From the NCBI GenBank assembly GCA_001687465.1, contig LVLI01000183.1:1-48876 (forward strand): a stretch of DNA of 48,876 nt, written 5' to 3'. Every line of letters begins with the position of its first letter. Positions within the stretch are counted from its first letter, which is position 1. Below the pieces are notes generated by a model that saw only the letters and a list, made by a program, of their open reading frames with translations, was not told the origin of the DNA and made no database searches. This document shows, one piece after another, positions 1-9,746 of this stretch. The position numbers and the translations under genes are program-made. This DNA is from Halocafeteria seosinensis (lineage: Eukaryota).

Positions 1-177
1 AACATATCCGCCAATATCTCGAAGATGAGACAACGTAATTAACTGAAATTCAGGAAATCCGCTATTTCGACTACGCTCTATTTGATGGTATGAACAGAAA
101 TCGTCTATCTTCGTTGTGTGAATGTTTCATATTGTTCGTGTAATTAGAATAACACGAACTTCGTGAAACAGACTGTA
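1..177. repeat. Direct repeat copy 1 (runs off the left edge), near-identical to 749-925; putative right end of a DNA transposon
   Basis: 1-177 matches 749-925 at offset 748 with only a handful of substitutions. Both copies end ...GAAACAGACTG-TA. Confidence 0.9.
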
Positions 178-304
178 CGTGGAAAGGGTGTCCAAACTTC
201 ATCGAGAACATTTTCCGCTGCGGTACTATTTTAGCGGTCCTCTAGAACTACTACGAAGACTCCCAAGCAGCCTGAAGCAGGCAACTTTAGCAATCGGGAC
301 TCAG

Positions 305-463
305 CGGCACGCACTTCTTGAGATTAGGGACTCACAGGTGATAAATGGTGCACACCTTGTGAGAGTAGGGACTCACAGGTGAACAACGGCGCACACTTCG
401 TGAGAGTAGGGACTCACAGGTGAACAACGGTACACACTTCGTGAGAGTACGGACTCCCAAGTG
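305..463. repeat. 41-bp minisatellite, about 3.9 copies
   Basis: GGGACTCACAGGTG recurs at 327, 368 and 409, and degenerately at 450. Unit approx. GGGACTCACAGGTGAACAACGGYRCACACTTCGTGAGAGTA. Confidence 0.9.
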
Positions 464-748
464 GGACAGCAGTAGTTAGTGCTTAAGAGTAGAGTGCTTT
501 CCTTACAGTGTCGACGGAGTATGCTGAGACTACGAGGACAGGACAAAAATTTTTCGCCTGCGGCGCACAGACTACGAGTCAATCAGACATTGAAGCGCTG
601 CTCCAATGTATGCCGCCACCACAGCCACCATGTGAAGTTCAGATTTGCGAACTTCACAAGAGGGGCAAGTCACACGTGCGGAAAGCACAGGGGAAGCAAA
701 GGGGACACAAAAATGACCCCTGGTGGTTTGAGGAGGCCACAATTTGCC

Positions 749-925
749 AACATATCCGCCAGTATCTCGACGATGAGACAACGTAATTAACTGAAATTCA
801 GGACATCCGCTATTTTTACTACACTCTATTTGATGGTATGAACAGAAATCGTCTATCTTCGTTGTGTGAATGTTTCATATTGTTCGTGTAATTAGAATAA
901 CACGAACTTCGTGAAACAGACTGTA
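749..925. repeat. Direct repeat copy 2 of 1-177
   Basis: Same sequence as 1-177. Both contain the end of a short ORF (..HIRQYL[D/E]DETT*; stops at 36-38 and 784-786). Confidence 0.9.
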
Positions 926-1666
926 AGCCGGCAACTTTCCGCAAATACCGCCAGCTCCAACGCCTGTAATGTGACCTACAGAATGACAACTCCGTATAGT
1001 CACAAAGCCGTTATCATATCCAACTCGCGCTCCAAGTATCCCACCTGCTCTCCTCCCACTGATGACACCTGTCGAAAAGGAGTCAGAAATTAGCACCTCA
1101 CCTTGATGCAGGCCGCATCGGTAGCCACAGATACCACCCCCATGTGAACCAACAATCTCCCCTGTACTGCTGCAAGACTCCACAATACAATATTTCTGCT
1201 CCTCCTGAACGATAAATCCACCTAAGTTTGCTATGCTCCCGTTTTTGACGTGGCCTCCACTGTAAACAATCCTGGAAAACTGGTTATCCCGCTACGTTCA
1301 TTTGTCCGATCCCATCGAATGTCTCATTCGCATGTAGTGAAATGAATTGTGCCTCTGAATAGCTTTCTGCCCAAACTAGCAGCGTGCAATTCAATCGAGA
1401 TAGTACTATTTCGTGTCAGGGAAATATTGAACGCAGGGCACCTGCCCTTCCATTATCGCATTCCTCATATCCATTGGCACTGCAAGCGAACAATGCAGCA
1501 TACTACAACCCAATACGACTGCAAAATACAGAAAGGCCTTCAGGTCGAAGTAAAAACGACCCTCTTTTCCCGTGTCTAGTGCTGGGTGCTTCGGGATATT
1601 GGCTGAAAGAAACCCCATCCTCCTTCCAAGCGCATTGACGGGGAGAACAACGTCCAAAGGTGCCAT
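926..1666 (-). pseudogene. Pseudogene of the GGICG/GLUG-like surface protein family, truncated after about 3 coils
   Basis: Pieces in different frames rebuild the family N-terminus: hydrophobic leader + PMDMRNAIMEGQVPCVQYFPDTK* / RLNCTLLVWAESYSEAQFISLHANETFDG / GITSFPGLFTVEA / HVKNGSIANLGGFIVQEEQKYCIVESCSSTGEIVGSHGGGICG...GGILG...GGICGK. It has a stop, at least 3 frameshifts and lacks the EAP.IRNV block. Homology ends at the repeat junction (925). Confidence 0.88.
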
Positions 1667-2851
1667 CGCTCAACTGATCTCCCGTTTGATTATTCCACAA
1701 GTGCATGTATGTATGTGTGTATGCTTATGAAGCCGTGGTAGGAGGACTTCTGAGCGGCTGGAAGGATGAGGGACCAACGGCCGCGGCCTCGTTGGTTTGG
1801 CACACTTCTCTCCTGAGCGCTACAGTGGTAACTACTAAGATGATAAAACACAGTTTTTTTGCTTGAACAGTTGAAGTAACAAATCAATCTGAATGGCCGA
1901 TGGTATGGAATGACTTGGGCGTCCTCACACTGCGGAGTGTGAGTCAGGAATTTAGATACTCGAAACATGTGCCAACCCAACTTGCACTGCCAAGCAACAA
2001 ACACACATTAAACGTGTCCCAAACAACCGGCTCAGAGCGGAGGGATGAGTTGTCCTCTATTGAATTGGGGTGTATTGCTACAGGTACGTAGATATGCACC
2101 GTGACTGCGGTGAGCTTCACTCGGAACCACTGGCGTAGCCAAGGGCTCCTGCTCCATTATTGGTTCATAAGTACATTTACGAGGACTTGCTGCTCAGTTG
2201 TAAATGCCTGTTCATCAATGCGTGAGAAGCTCAGCAGCTACTAACAGGACAATTGCGTCGGCATTAAAAGTCGACCCAATGCACACAGAGGCAACAAAGT
2301 TTGCTTTTGGCATGCCATGGCTGCCACATATGCACCGGTAGTGGCATTTAAACACTACATATCTAGGGTTTGCTTTCCCCTGGCACTAAAGGGCCTGCTG
2401 TATTGGAACCGAACGTCGTCAAAGTGCAGTGATTCCAACTTTCTTACTTTGTAGTCTCAGCCGCAGTGCGGTGATTCGAGTGGAATCCCCTCGGTGGATG
2501 CTCGCAAAACCCGAAGAAGTTCCTCCCGATAATACCACGCGAACTGTCTTCATCTTCGAGTAATTTAACCCTTTTCGTCCTCTTTTTTTTTATTTAGGTG
2601 CTGTGGTGTTTGAGGTATACGTATATATGCTTTGACTACTGGTAGAAGAAAAGGATAGAGTACCAGTAGTCCGGTTGAAGCGCGACCTCCCAACTCGGGT
2701 TAGGGTTCGATTAGTGCGACGAAGACCGTGCTTCATGGACGGTGCGCTTCCCAAGAAGATCGTTTCCGAATGTTCTGCTTGCTCCATTTATCCCCGAACA
2801 GAATCGTGAGGCAACGAATTGAAGTACGAAGCACACCACACAACACACGCG

Positions 2852-4513
2852 ATGCACCGCGCAACGACAACACACCGAATGCATAATGCGTTCATTTCAT
2901 TGGCTTGCATTCTCTCCATCTTTGCCGACTTAACGACCAACGTCAGAGTGGATGGAAGGGACTTGCGGGACAACATAATCGCTGGAAATGAGACAGGCTT
3001 CGCCTACAGCGCAGCAGACTTGCTGTTCCATTTGACTGAGAGTGTCAACATAGGTCCCCAGATGCGGATAGGATGTATGGATTACTTATCCCTGAATGAA
3101 AGTGAAGTATTCGACGGAAACGGGCGTCAGATTTTTGTCCATTGTTCAAACTTTTTGGGTTTCTTCACCGCTGATGGTGGGCTATCAGGAACCATCAACG
3201 AGGCTGCCAAGATTACGAATACTCATTTCCAGCAGGAAGGAAATGCAACGGGGTTGCTACTTCGTGACAAGCAGAAGAACGTTATTGTCGACTCGTGCAG
3301 TGCTGAAATAGAAGGAAAGATTTTACTTGGTGGCGGAGGAATCTGTGGCAGAGATTGTGCTACCTTTGGTGGCCATATCCAGATCAACAATTCAAGATTC
3401 ACTGGGGAAATCGGAGAGCGTTCGGGGGGAATTTTGGGCAAATATTCAGGCTCAAAAGGAGGAAAAATCAACATCTACCGCTGTAGCGTACATTCTAACT
3501 TAGTGGGATACCGGGGAGGTGGGATATGCGGCGAAGGCTGCGGAAGCAGCCGAGGTTACGTTCAAGTTATGGAGTCGCAGTTTTCTGGGATCATCGGACA
3601 CTATGCGGGGGGAATATTAGGTCCGGAGGCTGGCCATACTAACGGTATTGTGTATGTGTCTGGTTGCAATGCCGGTGGAAAGCTTCTGGGATGGTATGCA
3701 GGCGGAATTTGTGGTCCAAGTATAGCTCATGGTTGCGGGAGTGCATATGTTTCGCGTTCTTTTTTCACAGGTCACATTGGTGGCTATTCTAGCTTCGGTC
3801 TCGGTGCCGGGGGTATTGTTGGAGGAGTTCTGAAGGACGGGCCCAGTTGGATTCATGTATCAGAATGCTACGTTCTGGGTGGCGTTGATGCGGCCTGGGC
3901 TGGTGGAATCTGCGGAGCCTTTGTCGAGGCAGGCAACGTCACTATTACCGCAAGTGACTCATTTACAGCGGGAGCAATAGCCGACGGAGCAGGGGGCATT
4001 TGTGGAAGTAATATTGGCTATAAAGGCTCTGATGTTCATATTTATAATACTTACGCCATGGGACCGTTTGGTATGGATGCCGGGGGTATCGCCGAATCAG
4101 TCCACAAAACCGCGGCCAACGTTACGATTATTCACTCGGTACATTCAGCTCAACAAATCACTAGCGTGTCCAGCGTCCATCGCATTGCTATTGAACGAGG
4201 TAACTCGGACACACTGAATGACATTAGAGGGAAGCTTTACGCCCCACATGGGACAGCAGTTTGGTCGAATGAAAAATGGACGGTGTATAGCCCGCTAAAA
4301 CCCCCAACGTTACGATTCAATGTCGGAGCGTTTGTCTCCCCAACCCCGAGCCCGACGTCTAGTGTAACTCCGACTCGTGCTGCTACTTTGCCCGGATCCC
4401 CTTCGCCTTATGCAACGCCTTTTCTGCGGAATACACTCAGTATACCGGCGCAGATGCCGAAGCGGCAGATACGCAATCGTAGCAAGAGAAAGCAAACACC
4501 AACAGGCCAGTAA
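2852..4513 (+). CDS. Secreted GGICG/GLUG-like repeat protein (one module, 9 coils, short Pro/Ser/Thr stalk, basic tail, no TM)
   Basis: Long ORF 2819-4513; first ATGs at 2852 and 2879. Signal-like MHNAFISLACILSIFADLTTNVRVDG, then DLRDNII...YLSLNESEVFDG, nine GG[IV]xG coils, C-cap GNSDTLNDIRGKLY..WSNEKW..PTLRFN. Confidence 0.85.
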   Translation: MHRATTTHRMHNAFISLACILSIFADLTTNVRVDGRDLRDNIIAGNETGFAYSAADLLFHLTESVNIGPQMRIGCMDYLSLNESEVFDGNGRQIFVHCSNFLGFFTADGGLSGTINEAAKITNTHFQQEGNATGLLLRDKQKNVIVDSCSAEIEGKILLGGGGICGRDCATFGGHIQINNSRFTGEIGERSGGILGKYSGSKGGKINIYRCSVHSNLVGYRGGGICGEGCGSSRGYVQVMESQFSGIIGHYAGGILGPEAGHTNGIVYVSGCNAGGKLLGWYAGGICGPSIAHGCGSAYVSRSFFTGHIGGYSSFGLGAGGIVGGVLKDGPSWIHVSECYVLGGVDAAWAGGICGAFVEAGNVTITASDSFTAGAIADGAGGICGSNIGYKGSDVHIYNTYAMGPFGMDAGGIAESVHKTAANVTIIHSVHSAQQITSVSSVHRIAIERGNSDTLNDIRGKLYAPHGTAVWSNEKWTVYSPLKPPTLRFNVGAFVSPTPSPTSSVTPTRAATLPGSPSPYATPFLRNTLSIPAQMPKRQIRNRSKRKQTPTGQ

Positions 4514-5149
4514 AGTTTCACAACAGCGGGTCCAACCAAATAATTGTTTAAGTACATTTGCTAGAGCATTATTGACAGTTTAAGCCTAACACCGTGTAAG
4601 GTCGGTAGATGGCGGCTAACAATATTCGGTAATAAAATATGCCAAAAAGTTAAGATGACCAACTAGGGATACTTTGTAGCTACTTAACGACCCCTCACTG
4701 CTAACGGACGTTCATGAGTAGCCACTGGCCAGCAGATGTGTATAGATTTCAAGCTGCGATTGCAAGGGAACATGGCCCACCAACAGATAGATCCCAATTG
4801 AGTGTGTATCTACCGCGCAGTGCCTTGCCTCTAAAGTGCAGTTCGCCTTTTACGTATTGCAGTTAGAGACAGTGTGCCTGAGGGACATCCTCGTGCTCAG
4901 GAGAGGACGAAATGTACTCCAGCAACATGAAGGGGCTAGAAACTTGGGCAAAGATGTATGAGACAGCCTTAGATTGGGGGGCAGCTAGGGTCTTCAGTTG
5001 TTTCGGCACAAGCATACTATAATGATTCTGTCAGAGCTCCAAACCAAGAACAGGTGGGCAAAAGAATGTATCATCGGGCTCACCAAACGAGTATTGGTGA
5101 GAACGCGGGGTATTGCCCGGAATGGATACAACTATGGCTGCTGCGGCCT

Positions 5150-5530
5150 TAGCTCACCGGTAATGTTCAAAGTAGTAGGAGGAGACGGACAACCGCAAAC
5201 ATTGTTCGTGGCTTCTGCAACTCAAAAAAATTTAACTGATAAGGTTCAAAACCGTTTCCGTCTCAACGAGTGAAAACAAGTGAAGTTGATGGCAGTCAAC
5301 CACAGATCAAAGTAGCTTCAGTGACGAGCATAGATACCTCCGGTTTGAAACGGCAAGACTTACCGCAGCTAACGCTGCGAGAGGGGAAAGGCAAACTCCT
5401 GAATGAGCCTTTGCTGTTGTTAGAAGTTGGAATCCAATTTTCAACAGACGGTGTTGATACAGTTCCCAGTCCGTACAAAAGGCCATGCCCATAGCAGCCA
5501 TGCCGCACTCTCTGAAGAAGCAAAGCAAGC
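5150..5530 (+). pseudogene. Decayed relic of the family cytoplasmic tail (homologous to the C-terminus of the 2546-aa protein)
   Basis: IKVASVTSIDTSGLKRQDLPQLTLREGKGKLLNEPLLLLEVGI matches IRVALVENIDTSGMGRIDRTRLKLRQWKAKLLAEPPPLVEIEM. After a stop and frameshift, HAALSEEAKQ (from 5499) matches RHALSEEAKE. Weak similarity may extend upstream to about 4740. Confidence 0.75.
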
Positions 5531-6592
5531 CACCATCAAAGATCTCGTTCGCGCCCAATGTGGTTAAAGGAATGCTCAAACTTTGCCGGCGAGAGTCAGA
5601 AGTGTTCGTGGGAATCCTCTGACCAAACACCGGAAGACTGCTTAGACTCGGCCTGAAATCGCATGGAGACGCACGCCATTCCCGGTAGGGTCTCCTACAC
5701 ATTGCTCTGCTTCTCAATAGCAGGCTTGCGCCATAGGTGCTTGTCAGGCGTCGAAAAATTGCAACGATATGAATCTCCTGCATGGGAGGCAGACGCCCAC
5801 AATGACTCATGTCGATGAAATTCCCCCAAATGAACCAGTTCCACACTCTTGGCTACATATGGCTCTATCTTCCTCCTTTGATCCATTGGTACTCTGCTTA
5901 ACTTCTTCGCTTATGAAAGTCGATACAGAAAGCATTTCACTGGAGCGATTCTAACCTGAATCTCGCTTCGTGCGGCCCTCATCACCACCGTCTCAGGGAT
6001 GGTTCCGCACCAACCGCTTCCCGCGGGCAGCGGCAGACAACAAAGTTTGCTTGGGGATACCATCATGCCAGCTGTCATTTCACGTAGCCTTTAACGAATT
6101 TCACCTAAGATTTGTTGGGTTCTTTGCTTTCTCGCCTGGCAATTTAGAGCATGTTGGACTGGAATCGAAACGTCGCCAAAGTCGAGTGATTCCGTCTGTC
6201 TTCCTCTCAGCGGGTGCGGTGAGCTGTGTCGATGCTGGCAAAACCCGAAGAAGAACTTGGTTTGTCCGGATAATATCAGCAGCATGGCAGTGGTAGCCGT
6301 CATTTCGGGCAACTTAATGCCCGTCTTCCTCTATAGATGCTGTTGATTAACATGCCTTGACTCACAGATAGGGGAAGTGCCGTTGAAGTCCCAAGCCCAG
6401 TCTAGCGACCTCGCAGCTCCACTTAATCGGCCGCCGAGAAGTGCTCAACGATAAATGCCACGACGAAGGTCGTGAGTCATTGCACACGCTTCGGTGAATT
6501 GTTCAAGGTCGTTTTTCGACCGTTCTCCTTGCCTCGTTCAACGACGGCGTGGGGTAAGAGACTTGAAGCGGGAGCCCACCCTCCTCTTCACG

Positions 6593-8254
6593 ATGTACTG
6601 TCGGAAGACAGGAGTTCAGAGACATTTTGTACCCGTAATTTTTGTTGGAATACTCTCTATCCTGGTCGATATGAGGAATGTTGGAGTCGATGGAAACGAC
6701 TTGAGGGAAGAGATAATCGCGGGGAAGAAGGCTGAATCCAACTACAGCTCCGACGACATGCTCTTCCAGATGACCGACAACTATGTGACAGGATGTTTTG
6801 AGTACATGTCAATGAATTCGAGTGAAGTCTTCGACGGAAACGATTATAGTATCACCTTTTGGTGTCGTGCTATCACTGGTAGCGGATTTTTCACCAATAC
6901 CAATTCGTTTGACGGTATCAACGTACCGAGTGAAGTCCCGCAAATCAAGAATTTTTTGTGCAAATAGGAGGAGATGCCAGAGGAATCCTTATCAGAGAGA
7001 AGCAAAAATACTTTTCTGTCGATTCGTGTAGTGCCAAAACTATAGGAAATCTTGTTGACGGCGGTGGTGGCATCTGTGGGAAGGAATGTGGTGCTTTCGG
7101 AGGGTACATTGAGATCAAGAATTCCAAATTTGATGGAACAGTGAAAGGTGCTTCGGGAGGAATCGCGGGAAAATTAGCTGGTTCAGGAGGAGGAACAGTC
7201 ATTATCTCTGACTGTGCTAGTGCGGGAACGGTGGAAAACGAAGGTGGTAGCAGTTCCAAGAGCGAGGGTGGCGGAATATGCGGCAAGGAATGCGGGAGCT
7301 CCGGAGGATATATCCAAGTCATAAATTCTCATCATAGTGGAACAATTGAAAAGTATGCTGGTGGTTTATTGGGTGCATATGCTGGTTCTAAACGAGGCCT
7401 CGTCAATGTGACACATTGCAGTCTCACCGGAGCAATAGCGGGTTGGTTTTCCGGTGGCATCTGTGGTGCGAATACCGCCGTAGATGGAGGCGAAGTGTAT
7501 ATTTCGCAATCATATTCAACGGGTAGTATCGGCAGCAGCGGCCCACGTGGGGGTGGCGATTCTGGTGGTATAGTTGGAGCCACGGTAGCATTTAAGCTAG
7601 GTGATCCAGGTCGTATTTACATTACTGAATGCTATTCATTGGGTAATGTCTTTGGACAGGGCGGAGGAGGGGTTCTTGGATCTTTCCCGGGAGCTGGGGG
7701 TAGCACTATTGTCATAAGAGACTCTTTTGCTAGGCAATATGGCAACGTGAAATCTAGTGGACTTTGCGGCAGGAAGGCTACAGGCAAGATTTTTATCTAC
7801 AACAGTTATGCCTCCGGGGATTTTGCCCCAAATGCAGGAGGTATACTGAATTCCATTGCCAGAACAGCAGCAAATATAACTGTTGTGCACTCTGTACATT
7901 CGGCCGCACAGATTGCCCGTTCTGGAAATCTTACAGTGAGTCATGGAAACTCGAACCACCTGAAGGATATCCAAGGCCAGCTTTACCATTGGAATGGAGC
8001 CAGAGTTTGGTCAAACGAGACGTGGGCTGTGTATAGCCCCTTCGAGCCTCCCGTTTTACGGTTCAATGTGGATGCCTTTGTCTCCCCAACGCCGACTCCT
8101 TCGATCACACCTACTGCGACAGTAAACCCAAGTGTTACTCCAACAGTGACTTCGACCTCCTGCTTACCGCACGCCTCCACCTTCGCACAAATTCAAAGTT
8201 CCGGTGCAGGTGGTGAAGCGTAAAATAAGGAATCACAAGAAAAAAATGCCCTAG
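6593..8254 (+). pseudogene. Frameshifted paralog of 2852-4513 (GGICG/GLUG-like secreted protein, 9 coils)
   Basis: ATG 6593, signal-like leader, NDLREEII. The frame breaks in the T6 run at 6952-6957, joining ORFs 6494-6967 and 6958-8223. A second shift near 8150-8161 is needed to recover the tail AYRTPPPSHKFKVPVQVVKRKIRNHKKKMP* (stop 8252-8254), which aligns with PYATPFLRNTLSIPAQMPKRQIRNRSKRKQ of the paralog. Sequencing error is not excluded. Confidence 0.7.
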
Positions 8255-9746
8255 TGGGCCACACTTCATCGAAAGCCAGTCAAGCATTCCGATATGGTTA
8301 CTTGGAGCACCAGGCACTGACAATGTCTACACTGTACAACTTTGTACTTGTTTGAATCCCAGTGTTGCCCGTGGGATGTGCATACTTTACACTGTCATCT
8401 GACACCGAACGTCAGCTCCTCCCGCCGGAGCAGCCGGAAGCATCACTCAGCGCTGCTAGTGTGCGCAGTCTTTAAACCAAATAGCTCTCTTCGTTTTCAT
8501 TAATCAGTTCCGCGTACTAGTTTACTAACGCAGTAGACACTTTGGGGTGGTACATACTGTATGAGTCATACTTCCTTGCTGCACGTACCGCGATTGAGCT
8601 TCGGGTCGGCTGCCAGCAGGATTTTTAGGCAGCCGATCCGTGTAATTACACTGCCCCAAGTATTGCAGAACTAAATCGAATACAGAATCCGACACAAATC
8701 ATCGATATTGGATGCGTATCTGCAGTCTGCAGGCTTTTCTACTGTCGGAAGAACCCCCGCTGCCGTTACAGTGGTGCCGCGGGAGTCCAGGCCACGGACA
8801 GTACAGTGTATTGCGTGTGGCCCAGTCACTGGCGATAAACCATGGGATACCACAAAGAGACGGGCATAGGAAACTGTTGTACCAACCTACTGTTATCAAA
8901 TAGCTCCAAAAATGCACGGTATGGAGCAGCCTACACTGTGAACTTCATTGCTGTTACCGGAATCCCGAATCCCGCTCAGCCGAGACGAAGTATAAAACTA
9001 CAGTACTCTCCTTTCCTTCCATAGGGCACCCCCATCCCCGCCCGACTATTGCAAAGTTTTCAAGAAAGGGGGGTACTGCTATCGCTGTAGCGCGCCGGCG
9101 GCGCCGCTCCTTTTCCTGGGCAGTGTCCAACGACATGATATCCAGAGGGTTTCGCATCCTGGGATTAATGTGACACCACCAAATACTATATGGAGGGAAA
9201 ACACATACTTGTGTTTTACAGAGTGTTGTTAGTAATAAAATGCCTACCAGGTAGTCTTTTCCCTTTTCCCTTGGACATTTCTCCCCTTGTTCCGGTAAGG
9301 TGTGTGTACAGTATTTGTTGATTTCTTGTCCTGCCGTTTGAGTGGCTGGGCCATACATAGGTTGGCGGCTTGGTCACCGCATACTCTGTTAAAGCCTTGT
9401 TCCAGCATTCAGTGTGTATAGCAGGAAAGATGGGAGGGGGTTGTGCAATGGTAGCAGGAGAAGAAGGCAACCATTGTACGCAAAGACTGGAAAGCACGAC
9501 CGAGTGAAAGCAGGTTTGGGAGCCTCTGTTCAGATGACTTCGACTACTGTAATATCGGTGAAAAGAACTCAGGAGAGAAAGAGGATCCCTGTTGAGCTCA
9601 GTATGGGCATGGTGATGCATTGTTCTGATTTCTTTTGCACACTTGTGTATGTGCGTCCCTGGTAGCGCGCTCAGCAGTGGGAGATGAAAAACGTCCTGCC
9701 ATGAGAAAAAATCTTCTCTTGATTTATGTAGTACTTTGTGGGTTCA

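Larger units (their letters stand above)
1..925. mobile_element. Putative nested or tandem Tc1/mariner-type (TA-targeting) element ends; left end lies outside the window
   Basis: On the minus strand both repeat copies start TA|CAGTCTGTTTCACGAAG, the TA + CAG start typical of Tc1/mariner TIRs. There is a subterminal hairpin GTTCGTGT-N10-ACACGAAC (134-159). The boundary at 925 is exactly where homology of the neighbouring GGICG pseudogene stops. No transposase motif or matching left TIR is visible. Confidence 0.5.

Noticed and set aside
305..463. 41-bp periodic array as a CRISPR
   Set aside because: Whole units repeat with no unique spacers, there are no cas genes, and the context is eukaryotic.
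1..925. Direct repeats as LTRs of a retroelement
   Set aside because: No TG...CA termini, PBS or PPT recognised, and no gag/pol; the TA|CAG ends fit a DNA transposon better.
6945..6967. Programmed ribosomal frameshift at the T6 run
   Set aside because: Paralogues are uninterrupted here and the gene has a second independent frameshift; mutation or sequencing error is simpler.
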